The notes under the pieces were generated by a model. The model ran no database searches, had not been told where the DNA came from, and worked only from the letters and a program-made list of their open reading frames with translations. Shown one piece after another: positions 26,829 to 35,347 of a stretch of DNA of 50,271 nt. How positions within the stretch are numbered: the first letter of the stretch is position 1; every line of letters starts with the position of its first letter. The stretch comes from Candidatus Omnitrophota bacterium (GTDB lineage: Bacteria > Omnitrophota > Gorgyraeia > 1-14-0-20-64-10). The DNA lies in assembly GCA_023818695.1 (NCBI GenBank), contig JAMWCF010000004.1, positions 1 to 50,271 on the forward strand, read 5' to 3'. A program made the translations under genes and the position numbers.

Positions 26829-27453
26829 CGCGCTCCAGGACAACACCGTGTGCCGTCACCTCTTTGACCATCATCCCATTGACCTCCTCTCCGACTCCCA
26901 CAAAATAGGTCCTGCCCCCCTTCGCGTCCTCGATGAGGGCGCGGGGAGTCCCCGACCGGTCTATGCCCACCACGGTCAATCCATCCGCCAGATTCTCGAC
27001 CTGCGGCGACGCGGTTGCGCGGACGTCGGGGATTTTCTTTACCGTCGTCTCAAACGGCGTACGAACGTCCGCGGAACCGATGTAAACGGAGACCGGCCGC
27101 ATGTAATCCTCCGGCTTTTCCGACGTCTGCCCGCCCGGCGCGCGGATGTCGATCGTTTCGTTCAGAGGCGCCTTCTTCCCGGTTTCATAGGGAGCCATAA
27201 CGTCCCTGACGACATAAACGCCCAGAGCCAGCAGAACGATCCATAACAGACGGCTGCTCAAGCGGATCCGCTCCAGGAATTCATCCTCGGACCGCCGTCT
27301 CCTGAAAGAGGACCCTCTTCTCCCGAACCGGGCAAAGATCCCCAGCCATCCCTCCTTGGAACTGGAAAAGGAGAGAGCGGCCGACCGGATGCCGGACGGG
27401 TCTTCGATCAGCTTCAGCAAACGCTCTTCTGCAGTGCTTCTGTCGGCGACCAT
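26800..27453 (-). CDS. GspC/PilP-like single-pass membrane protein
   Basis: TM LLWIVLLALGVYVV and C-terminal LTVVGI..PRALIED..RTYFVGVGEEVNGMMVKEV..VVLERDGKEIRL. It lies immediately upstream of the secretin. Confidence 0.72.
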   Translation of the reverse strand: MVADRSTAEERLLKLIEDPSGIRSAALSFSSSKEGWLGIFARFGRRGSSFRRRRSEDEFLERIRLSSRLLWIVLLALGVYVVRDVMAPYETGKKAPLNETIDIRAPGGQTSEKPEDYMRPVSVYIGSADVRTPFETTVKKIPDVRATASPQVENLADGLTVVGIDRSGTPRALIEDAKGGRTYFVGVGEEVNGMMVKEVTAHGVVLERDGKEIRLSY

Positions 27454-28277
27454 CCCGCTTCAATATCCTCCTGAAGGACGTTATCCACCAATTCCCGGTC
27501 CACCACGGACCGGTTATACATCACCAACCCCCGAAGGGCCCTGTGGCAGAGCATGGCAATTTTCCTCGGATAGCCGGAGGAGGCCCGATAAATGGCGTGG
27601 ATCGCTTCATCCAAAAAGAGGGGGGAAGGGAAATGGTACCCGGCCTCATACAGCCGGAATTCCACCATCTCGCGGGTCTCTTCGAAGGTGAGCGGGGTCA
27701 GCATTGATTTCATGCTGATCCTGTCGACCACGTTGGGCATGCTCTTTAAGAGGGGCAGCAACTCCATTTGGCCCAGCAAGACCAGCTGGAGAAGTTTTGT
27801 CTCGTTGGTCTCATAGTTGAGCAGAACCCGCAGCGCCTCCAGGGAAAGAGGATTCAGCTTATGGGCCTCATCAATGATCAGGACGACCGTTTTGTGCTCC
27901 TCCACCCCTTTGCGGAAAAGAAACCGTTCCAGCCCTTCCCTGTAATCCAAAAGGGTGGGACGGACGGCCGCCGTCTCAATGCCGAAGGAGCGGATGAGGG
28001 CTTGATAAAACTGCTCCTCCGACGGGAAGGTGGGATCCAGCATCATGTGGAAGATGAAGCCCTCCCTTTCGCTCAACATCTGAATCAACTTCCGGCCCAA
28101 GGTGGTTTTGCCCACCCCCACATCCCCTATGACGACGCTCAAACCCCGCTTGAGGCGGAATTCAATGACCAGGTTGGCCAGTGTCGCCCGGTGCCGCTGG
28201 GACTGGTAGAAAAAGAGCGGATCGGGACTGGTGGAAAAAGGTTCCCGATCGAGTCCCAGAACCTGAAAGTAGCTCAT
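27414..28277 (-). CDS. ExeA/GspA-family AAA+ ATPase
   Basis: YFQVLGLDREPFSTSPDP, Walker A GDVGVGKT, Walker B LIIDEAH, LQLVLLGQMEL, SGYPRKI. Confidence 0.92.
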   Translation of the reverse strand: MSYFQVLGLDREPFSTSPDPLFFYQSQRHRATLANLVIEFRLKRGLSVVIGDVGVGKTTLGRKLIQMLSEREGFIFHMMLDPTFPSEEQFYQALIRSFGIETAAVRPTLLDYREGLERFLFRKGVEEHKTVVLIIDEAHKLNPLSLEALRVLLNYETNETKLLQLVLLGQMELLPLLKSMPNVVDRISMKSMLTPLTFEETREMVEFRLYEAGYHFPSPLFLDEAIHAIYRASSGYPRKIAMLCHRALRGLVMYNRSVVDRELVDNVLQEDIEAGWSPTEALQKSVC

Positions 28278-28285
28278 CGAGGCGA

Positions 28286-28419
28286 GAAACTCCCTGCAGA
28301 GAGCTGGCTTGACTGCCCGGAGTTTTTAGTCTCTGATCCTGTGCCCATACCCTTTCGCCGGTTCCTGGATGTCGGGGAGCCAGTCACCCAGCGGTGGTAT
28401 TGCTCTCTCGTCGAGTTTC
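28286..28419 (-). ncRNA. Putative structured 5' leader RNA of the ExeA-secretin operon
   Basis: Nested complementary segments GAAACTC/GAGTTTC, GAGA/TCTC, GCTGG/CCAGC and TGACTG/CAGTCA between the promoter and the ATG. Confidence 0.45.
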
Positions 28420-28423
28420 ACTC

Positions 28424-28452
28424 AGCATAATATCGCCACGCACGGCTGTCAA
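28424..28452 (-). promoter_or_regulatory. sigma70-type promoter
   Basis: TTGACA (28452-28447), 17-nt spacer, TATGCT (28429-28424). Confidence 0.7.
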
Positions 28453-28486
28453 GAGAAAACAAATGTAACTTGAAGAGCCGCCTCAA

Positions 28487-29623
28487 CTAACGTTCCAAGA
28501 TCCCCTGCTCTACGCGGGACCACTTTTCGGCCGGAAAACCGGCTTCAAAAGCGTCCGGCACCGCTTCCCCGATGGAAAGCCGCTTCAAAAATTCCTTGAA
28601 ACGCTCGATCCCGTGCTTCTCGATGAGATAAGAGACGACGATCCTCGCCTGCGCGTAGGCCCGTTCCATGTCGGCCGCATCGGATGGCTGCTCGAAATGG
28701 GCGTCCAGCCATTTCAAGGGGACCCAGAGAACCTTTCGGTGGATTTTATCGGCGATCTCCTGCTCCCTCTCTGAAAGAGGACGCGCCGGCTCCTTCCACT
28801 GCGCATATCCTTCGTGGATCCACACCGGCAAGCGGGAGCCGTACAATTTATGAAGAAAAGCGTGGGCCAATTCATGGGAAAGGATGGCGGCCTCCCAGGG
28901 GGTCTGGACATCCTCCAGGCGGATCCGGATCCTTCCGTCATAGAAACCGATCGCATAGTCGAACTGGGCGTTGACCTTTTCAAATTGCCCCACCCGGTAA
29001 AGGATCACCGTCACCTGCCCCCCGATCTGGCCCAATTCCTGCGCCAGGTACCGGTATTCCCTCTCCAGGACCGCCCCGACATGCTGGGCCTTCAGCCGCT
29101 GCGCGTCCTCGGGAAACCGAACCTGAAAATGATCGGTGGACTCGATGAGAAACCGCCGCTCCACCGCCTGGTCCCGCTGCGCCTGACTGATCCGTTTGGA
29201 AACCACCTCCCACTGCGGTTCAGGAACGAGCCCGTGCGCCTTTTCCCATGCCCGGATGGCGTTTGCAAAGTCGTTCCTCTGCAGATAGTACAAATCCCCC
29301 AGACGGACCCAGGCCAGCCCATTCCGGTCGTATAAACCGACCGCCTCCTGGAGAAGATCGAACGATTCGGAGACCTTCTCGCCGCCTGCTTTGTGCATGG
29401 CGAGGTCGCTCAAGGCGAAGGAGAGGTTGCGGCGTATCTGTTCGTCGTCCGGCGCGATGGAAAAAGCTTCGCGCAGAAAAGAAACCGCCTGTTCCAGCCG
29501 GCCGTCGCGCGCCTCGGCGATGGCCCGGTTGTTCAGTTCAGACGCGGTGGACTCCGACCCGCAGGCAGGCGGCTGGACTCCTAGCATGAACAAACCGATG
29601 AAAAAGAGGACCGGCGGCTTCAT
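28487..29623 (-). CDS. Secreted TPR-containing peptidase MA-like (gluzincin) metallopeptidase
   Basis: Signal peptide, N-terminal TPRs, HELAH zinc motif followed by PVWIHEGYA, and AYAQA..VSYLIEKHG. Confidence 0.85.
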   Translation of the reverse strand: MKPPVLFFIGLFMLGVQPPACGSESTASELNNRAIAEARDGRLEQAVSFLREAFSIAPDDEQIRRNLSFALSDLAMHKAGGEKVSESFDLLQEAVGLYDRNGLAWVRLGDLYYLQRNDFANAIRAWEKAHGLVPEPQWEVVSKRISQAQRDQAVERRFLIESTDHFQVRFPEDAQRLKAQHVGAVLEREYRYLAQELGQIGGQVTVILYRVGQFEKVNAQFDYAIGFYDGRIRIRLEDVQTPWEAAILSHELAHAFLHKLYGSRLPVWIHEGYAQWKEPARPLSEREQEIADKIHRKVLWVPLKWLDAHFEQPSDAADMERAYAQARIVVSYLIEKHGIERFKEFLKRLSIGEAVPDAFEAGFPAEKWSRVEQGILER

Positions 29624-30090
29624 GGCCCAGCTTGATTTTGATTCTGTTCGACGTGGTGCCTGGCTCGCAGCTCATCCTCGGCGGCCTTCAGCCGTTTCTC
29701 AAGGAACTCCAGCCGCTTCTCGAGGTCCGTGATCCGGCGTTCGGCGGCGGAAAATTTCCGGCCCACGTAGTCTTCCACCGGAATAGGACCCACGACGCCG
29801 TCCTTCTCTTCAAGCGGCCAGTCGGCGGGAAGCACGAACCGGATTCCCCGGCTCTCCTTGACGACCATTGCCGGCTTGTTCGTTTCCCGCTCCTCTCCCG
29901 CGGCGACGGGGCCGCAGACCATCGCCGCAATAATCCCTCCCAGTAACCCGAGGATAAAAACACCCCTCAAAATCGGCGACTGCCATCCTCCGACGGGGCA
30001 GCCGGCGCAGCACATCCGCAGGCCGCGCGGCACGGTTTTGTGCGCGGCCGAGGACAGAGCAAGGCGCCGCGCTGGGCGGAGGTGCGCCAT
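29620..30090 (-). CDS. Small exported/membrane protein with C-terminal coiled coil (start uncertain; may be TTG 29970)
   Basis: Hydrophobic VFILGLLGGIIAAMVCG, GIRFVLPADWPLEE..GPIPVEDY, heptad tail. The stop overlaps the next ATG. Confidence 0.65.
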   Translation of the reverse strand: MAHLRPARRLALSSAAHKTVPRGLRMCCAGCPVGGWQSPILRGVFILGLLGGIIAAMVCGPVAAGEERETNKPAMVVKESRGIRFVLPADWPLEEKDGVVGPIPVEDYVGRKFSAAERRITDLEKRLEFLEKRLKAAEDELRARHHVEQNQNQAGP

Positions 30091-30092
30091 CT

Positions 30093-31160
30093 TCAATCGG
30101 TCACCGCCCTGCTTGGCCTGCCACGCGGCTGGACCGGCAGCATCGGTTTTCGATGAACCAGAATCGACAAGAGCCGGTAGCCCTCATCCGGATTGTCCGT
30201 CTGCATGAAAAATCCGGAAAATCTGGCCCGGTCAGTGGAAGCGAATTTCTGATGGACCTTCACGAAAACCCGACCGATCATCTCCTCCTTCCCTATAAAA
30301 CTGGCGGAACCGGGGCGGGTCGCGGTGACGGCGGTCACGCCGATCTGGAAAGCGCTCTGCTCCTGGGCCGCCCGTTCCCGGACGGGCCGGGAGGCGATTT
30401 CCACATCATCGGCGGTGTTCTGGTAGGTCATGGCGGCGATTTGCGTCAGCGGAACCGGTCTGAACCCCCGCACGACGGTGCCGTCCTCCATCACATGGCC
30501 GTTCTTGTACCACCAGGGCTCAAACCGGGTGAGAAACGGCGACTCGACGATCGATCCGCCGCCGGGATGGCGGTGCGCCTGGGCGAAATCGGTCAGTTTG
30601 GGCATCACGACGCCCTCGATCAATTCCATATAAGGGCCGAAATCCCCGTCCCAGCCCGGCGGCCGGCTGCGGCCCGTTGAATCGGAGAGCTCCAAGTGGA
30701 TCCCGAAAGCCACCCGCAGGTCCTTCCAATCCAGACCGGCCAGATCCTCCAGCAGATCCTCATAGTGTCGCACGGCCGCCGAATTCTCCCGCAGCCAAGC
30801 GGGGTCTCCATCAATGAAGCCGACGGTCTGCAGGCCGCTTCTGGAAGCCCGGTCCAGGATCGCCTGTTTCTGCCCCTTTTCTAAACCCAGAAAAGAACCG
30901 CCCCTTATCCAGACGGTGTCGATCCCGGCCCACACCGCCAGAGGAAAGAAATAGGGCTGATCCAGAAGGGGGCCGGCGTCGCCGATGATCACGGAAAGAT
31001 GTTTCGACTCCCCTATCTCCTTCTTGACCGGCACCAGTTCCCCTTTCTGTTTGACGCTGGCCGCCCAACAGGGAGGAACCGGCGCGGCGCATAAAAGAAA
31101 AACAGCGGCAAAGAGAAATATCCCTTGCCGCCGTTGGGGCTGTCCGGTAAGCGCCGCCAT
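30093..31160 (-). CDS. Secreted TIM-barrel-like protein, degenerate paralog of the GH18-like proteins
   Basis: Signal peptide. GIDTVWI, GDPAW, GIHLELS, MTYQN, FQIGV and FSGFFMQ are collinear with motifs in 36202-37128. Confidence 0.65.
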   Translation of the reverse strand: MAALTGQPQRRQGIFLFAAVFLLCAAPVPPCWAASVKQKGELVPVKKEIGESKHLSVIIGDAGPLLDQPYFFPLAVWAGIDTVWIRGGSFLGLEKGQKQAILDRASRSGLQTVGFIDGDPAWLRENSAAVRHYEDLLEDLAGLDWKDLRVAFGIHLELSDSTGRSRPPGWDGDFGPYMELIEGVVMPKLTDFAQAHRHPGGGSIVESPFLTRFEPWWYKNGHVMEDGTVVRGFRPVPLTQIAAMTYQNTADDVEIASRPVRERAAQEQSAFQIGVTAVTATRPGSASFIGKEEMIGRVFVKVHQKFASTDRARFSGFFMQTDNPDEGYRLLSILVHRKPMLPVQPRGRPSRAVTD

Positions 31161-31181
31161 GCACTCTATTTTACTACGCCG

Positions 31182-33182
31182 CTACGCGGATGTCGCTCCG
31201 TGCTTGGCGAATTCTCCTTTTCCGGCGGAAGCCGTCTTTCCGACCGCAGCCAGAAGCCGCTGGACATCCTGTTTGAGTTTTTCGGTCACCGCCCAGGTCT
31301 CCTTGATGAAGGAGTCCTGCGAAGCCGGTTTATGGGCCTGCGGGTAATCCTCGATCACCTCGGCCCCGCGCTTGTCATCCTTCTCCTTGGAGCTCTGCAC
31401 GTCGGCGGCGATCCTCTCCTGCATCCGAACCAGCTCTTCCAGCAGCTGCGCCGGCTCGGCGCCCGGAAACTCCTTGGAGAGGAGTCCCCTTTCATGCTCC
31501 CATCGGGGAGAACCAGTTGTCGATGCCAGTAGTTTTTTCGCCGTCTCCTTGGGATTGGAGGAATTCTTGGAGATGACCGCCTCCAGTTCCCTCTTGAAGC
31601 CCAGCAGCGCGTAATACCGGATGTAGAAGGTGTACGCCTCGATCCCCTTCTTCCGGGCCCCCTCCAGACAGACGTTTTTGCCCAGCCCCTTGATCTCCTT
31701 GGAGGTGTAGTAATCCTTCACCTCTTTGACCAAAAGGCGCTGGCGGGCATCCACCATCATGTCGACGATATCGGGCCGGAAGACTTCGAAATCAAAGGTG
31801 GAGCGCTTGGCTTTATTCCGCTTCTGGTACTTGCCTTCGTTGCGCCGAACCATGTAGATGTTGTCAGACAGGACCCATCCCGGCATGATCTCCATGTAAG
31901 CGGGGGAAACGCCGGCGTAAGCGGCGGCGGGGGTGTTGATCAGTGAAAAAGGGAACTCCACCTTCTGGGGAAGCAGGGTGGCGCCGCTGGCGATGATCGT
32001 GTAGGGGGACTGCGTCAGGTCGGTCGGGAATTTGATGTTGACCCCCAGGCCGAAGAAGGTCCCCTCGCCCGGCCAAATCTCCTGGTCGGGAGCCTTGGCG
32101 GTGTGGTTCGAACCGACGTTGGCGCCGTAGCCGACGTTCCCCTTCCCTTCGGGCCACAAAGCGGCGATCAACAGGGCCTGATGATGGAAGCCGACGAAAG
32201 GACCTAACAGGGCGCTGGTAACCTCCCCCTCCGCCACACCGGTATTGGGACCGAGGATGGAATGGGTCACCTTGCCATGCCGCTCGACGTGGGAGTGCTC
32301 GACCAGAAGGGAGGTATCGACGATCGCCTCGCTGGTCACCTCGCAGCCCCATTGCAGCACGCTGTTCTTGACGATCGCCCCGTGCGATATCTCGGTCGCC
32401 TCCTCGACGTTGCTCAAAACGGTCGCGTGGGCCACCAGCTGCGCCGCGTCGATGTGAGCAGCCTCACCCAGAAGGACCCCCACCACTTTCGGGGTGTGGA
32501 GGATCGTCGCGGAGGGGCCGATCACGTTGCAGGGGGCGGACACTTGCTTCAGGTACTTCTCAATCCCCTTGGCGACGCCTTCGATCAGCTTCTTGTCCCC
32601 CCGGGAGCGGGTCAAAACCCACGCCCCATCAATGGTCAGTTCCGCGAACAGAGGGACTTCCCGGCCGCCGGTTTCGATGGCGATGAGGATCTCCGATCCG
32701 TTGGCGAAACTTTCCGTGCCGTCAATCGTCACCACGCCCACATCAAAGAGCACCGCCCTCTCATTCAGAACGGTCCTGTTCAGCAGGCGGACGTTCCGGA
32801 TGAAAACGTTCTCTCCAACTACGCAGTGAGAGAGGGTGGCGTGCGAAAGGCCGGTCGGCAGGACAGCTCCCTCCACGGAAACGGTTCCGGAACAGGAGGA
32901 CAGCAGCACAGGACCCGCGAAATGGCAGCGGTTGACCCTCTTCGGGTCAAAACCCTTGCCGACCCACACCTGCTTCCAATCCTCCGCGGTGTTCCCCTGG
33001 GATTGGAGCACTTTCAGCTGGGCGGCCGTCAGCGGCTGGTAGCCGGCCTTCTGCCTTTTAGCGGGCGCGGCGAACAACAGGGCGAACAGGTTCCGTGCCT
33101 TTTCAGCCGCTATGACGGCCTCCGATTTCGAACAAGCGGCTTCCAACGCTTTCAAGAGATCGAACTTCGGGGGATTCATCAT
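31182..33182 (-). CDS. DUF4954-like protein with left-handed beta-helix repeats
   Basis: YQPLT..L..QGN.AEDW, ETGGREVPLF, hexapeptide-like repeats, GYGANVGSNHT, PFSLI, EIMPGW..N.YMVRRNE.KY..RNK; GGAGG RBS. Confidence 0.8.
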   Translation of the reverse strand: MMNPPKFDLLKALEAACSKSEAVIAAEKARNLFALLFAAPAKRQKAGYQPLTAAQLKVLQSQGNTAEDWKQVWVGKGFDPKRVNRCHFAGPVLLSSCSGTVSVEGAVLPTGLSHATLSHCVVGENVFIRNVRLLNRTVLNERAVLFDVGVVTIDGTESFANGSEILIAIETGGREVPLFAELTIDGAWVLTRSRGDKKLIEGVAKGIEKYLKQVSAPCNVIGPSATILHTPKVVGVLLGEAAHIDAAQLVAHATVLSNVEEATEISHGAIVKNSVLQWGCEVTSEAIVDTSLLVEHSHVERHGKVTHSILGPNTGVAEGEVTSALLGPFVGFHHQALLIAALWPEGKGNVGYGANVGSNHTAKAPDQEIWPGEGTFFGLGVNIKFPTDLTQSPYTIIASGATLLPQKVEFPFSLINTPAAAYAGVSPAYMEIMPGWVLSDNIYMVRRNEGKYQKRNKAKRSTFDFEVFRPDIVDMMVDARQRLLVKEVKDYYTSKEIKGLGKNVCLEGARKKGIEAYTFYIRYYALLGFKRELEAVISKNSSNPKETAKKLLASTTGSPRWEHERGLLSKEFPGAEPAQLLEELVRMQERIAADVQSSKEKDDKRGAEVIEDYPQAHKPASQDSFIKETWAVTEKLKQDVQRLLAAVGKTASAGKGEFAKHGATSA

Positions 33183-33230
33183 TCCTCCATGAGTCTAAGA
33201 GCCGGTTTCACAGCCTGCTCTAGAAAGTGG

Positions 33231-33272
33231 AGTGGGCCGCGGAAGTGTCCTCCTCCCGCAGCCCACTTTTTT
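33231..33272. terminator. Intergenic hairpin / terminator-like element
   Basis: AGTGGGCCGCGG (33231-42) pairs with CCGCAGCCCACT (33256-67), one mismatch on the + strand, followed by a T-run on the + strand. Confidence 0.5.
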
Positions 33273-33302
33273 AACCGTTTATAGATCCGTCCTTTTCGGG
33301 GT

Positions 33303-34070
33303 CTAGGACAGGACGAGAACGCGGGGTTCAGCCGGGTATTCCTTGGTCAGCTTCGCGCCCGCTGCCTTGTCGATACAGATGGTCGCCTTCGGATGCAGTT
33401 GAACGATGGTGGCCGGAACCATGGCCGTAATCGGCCCTTCCACCGTCTTCTGGATGGCGTCCGCCTTGCCGGCACCGTTGGCCAGAAGGATCAGCTGCCG
33501 GGCATCCATGATCGTGCCGATGCCCATGGTGATGGCGTACTTCGGAACCTCGTTCATGTTCCGGAAGAACCGGGCGTTGTCCTGGCGGGTCTTCTCATCC
33601 AGCGTCTTGACGCGGGTCCTGGAGCCCAGGGAGGAACCCGGCTCGTTGAAAGCAATGTGCCCGTTCGAACCGATCCCCAGAAGCTGGATATCCAAGCCGC
33701 CGGCCTTGACGATCTGCTCCTCATACCAGCGGCAGAAACCGGGAATATCCTTGGCCGTCCCATCCGGAATATGGACATTCTTCGAGTTGATGTTGACGTG
33801 CTTGAAGAGGTTCTCCCACATGAAATAATGGTAGCTCTGGGGGTGATCATGGGTCAAACCGACGTACTCATCGAGGTTGAAGGTGACCGTTCTGGAAAAA
33901 TCGAGTCCTTCCTCTTTGTGCAGGCGAATAAGCTCCTTGTAAGTCCCCAACGGGGTGGATCCGGTTGCTAACCCCAGGATGGCACGGGGCTTGCGGCGAA
34001 TAACGTCGGCTATCAGCTCCGCCGCAAACTTGGAAACTTCCTCATACGTTTCCTTAATAATGACTTCCAT
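33303..34070 (-). CDS. nagB: Glucosamine-6-phosphate deaminase
   Basis: LGLATGSTPLGTY, TFNLDEYVGL, HPQSYHYFM, QLLGIGSNGHIAFNEPGSSL.SRTR, AITMGIGTI; AGGAGG RBS. Confidence 0.97.
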   Translation of the reverse strand: MEVIIKETYEEVSKFAAELIADVIRRKPRAILGLATGSTPLGTYKELIRLHKEEGLDFSRTVTFNLDEYVGLTHDHPQSYHYFMWENLFKHVNINSKNVHIPDGTAKDIPGFCRWYEEQIVKAGGLDIQLLGIGSNGHIAFNEPGSSLGSRTRVKTLDEKTRQDNARFFRNMNEVPKYAITMGIGTIMDARQLILLANGAGKADAIQKTVEGPITAMVPATIVQLHPKATICIDKAAGAKLTKEYPAEPRVLVLS

Positions 34071-34134
34071 GGCTTAGAAAAACTCCTCCTTTTTGTCGAT
34101 TGTTAACGCATGCAAGACTGCGGGGTGAACCTCC

Positions 34135-34164
34135 CTTATATCACAGGAACAACCGTTTCGTCAA
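34135..34164 (-). promoter_or_regulatory. Possible promoter for nagB
   Basis: TTGACG, 18-nt spacer, TG-n-TATAAG. Confidence 0.4.
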
Positions 34165-34190
34165 GAGGTTCAGCGAAATTCAGGCGGTCT

Positions 34191-34724
34191 TTAGAACCAG
34201 GGTTTCCTGGTTTCTTCCTGCGGGATAGAGCCCGTTTCCCGGTCCACCGCGCCGTCAAAATCGGTGTCCTGCTTGAAGCCGACGACTTTCATGCCGGATT
34301 CTCCGTAGTAGAACCAGGCGTCCGGTGCGTCGTCGAAATTCTTGTCGCGGATCATCAAGTCCTTGACCCCGGCTTTGTGGAAAACCCAGGTGTCCGGCCT
34401 CCCGTCGAAATTCAGATCGTGGGACTCCTTTTCCGGCTGCCCGTTCTGGTAATAGCGGAACATGTCCGGCCGGCCGTCCTTGTTCCGGTCCACTTCGGCC
34501 CGCTCCGATTTCCCCTCCTTCAGGAAAACGGTGATCTCCCGCTTGCCGTCGCCATCCCTGTCCCGCTCGATCCGGACCATCTGCTGGTCATCGAAGATCT
34601 GCCACTGGTCCGGCCGGCCGTCCTCATCGGTATCTTTCGCTTCCTCGCGCGCGTATGAGGCAGCAGGCGTCAATTGACCGGCGATAAGAACGGACGCAAG
34701 CAGAAAAAGGGGCTTGCCTTTCAC
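34191..34724 (-). CDS. Secreted DxDxDG-repeat (Ca-binding-like beta-hairpin repeat) protein
   Basis: Signal peptide, then six ~22-aa repeats: DTDEDGRPD, DRDGDGKRE, DRNKDGRPD, DLNFDGRPD, DKNFDDAPD, DTDFDGAVD. Confidence 0.82.
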   Translation of the reverse strand: MKGKPLFLLASVLIAGQLTPAASYAREEAKDTDEDGRPDQWQIFDDQQMVRIERDRDGDGKREITVFLKEGKSERAEVDRNKDGRPDMFRYYQNGQPEKESHDLNFDGRPDTWVFHKAGVKDLMIRDKNFDDAPDAWFYYGESGMKVVGFKQDTDFDGAVDRETGSIPQEETRKPWF

Positions 34725-34734
34725 CTGTCCCCTT

Positions 34735-35304
34735 TTACTCGAGGACTTTCAGCGTGTCGGCCAGGAAACTGACCTTCCGGTGGACTTCCTGACCCGCCGA
34801 CGGAAGGCGGGAAAGATCGGCGCGCAGCTCCTGGACCGTCTGCTGGAGGGACTCGATCAGTTTCTTCCTTTCCCGGAACCGGGGACCCAACTGCGCCGTC
34901 ACCTCGTTGATCAGTTGGGCCACATCCTTGAGTTCGTCATAGGGACGCAAGACCAGGGGGGCCAGATCGAATTCCCCCTTCGCCATCAGGCGCAGGTACC
35001 GCTTGATCCGGACGAGTGGACCGGCGATCGTATGGGACAGAAGCAGCGTGATGAGCACGGCCACAGGCAGAATCAGCAGAAACCCGATGGAAAGGCGCAG
35101 GTAGATCAAGCGCAGGATTTCCACCAGACGGCCCTGGGGGTAAACCTGGGAAAGGCGCTCCACCAGGTAGACCCATCCCGTGTTGTAGACGATGCCGATC
35201 GATATCCCGAAGAAGACGAGCAGAAGCAGGAAGGTAACAACCATGTACCGCAGCTGGAGCGATACGTCGGTGATAAACTGCGCCCGTCGGAATTTACCGC
35301 TCAT
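34735..35304 (-). CDS. Two-TM HAMP-domain protein without an output domain
   Basis: RRAQFITD..LQLRY, two TMs, SHTIAGPLVRI..MAKGEF..LRPYDEL, short coiled tail; AAGGAGG RBS. Confidence 0.8.
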   Translation of the reverse strand: MSGKFRRAQFITDVSLQLRYMVVTFLLLLVFFGISIGIVYNTGWVYLVERLSQVYPQGRLVEILRLIYLRLSIGFLLILPVAVLITLLLSHTIAGPLVRIKRYLRLMAKGEFDLAPLVLRPYDELKDVAQLINEVTAQLGPRFRERKKLIESLQQTVQELRADLSRLPSAGQEVHRKVSFLADTLKVLE

Positions 35305-35347
35305 TGTCCAATTCCTCCTTGAATAAGAATAACGGCACTGGTTGACT

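Noticed and set aside
28286-28419. 6S RNA or SRP RNA
   Set aside because: It is short for 6S, lacks the SRP GGAA-loop/AGCAG motif, and sits as a leader directly before an ATG. Kept only as an unassigned structured RNA.
34735-35304. Methyl-accepting chemotaxis protein or histidine kinase
   Set aside because: The protein ends shortly after the HAMP domain, with no signalling hairpin or H-box.
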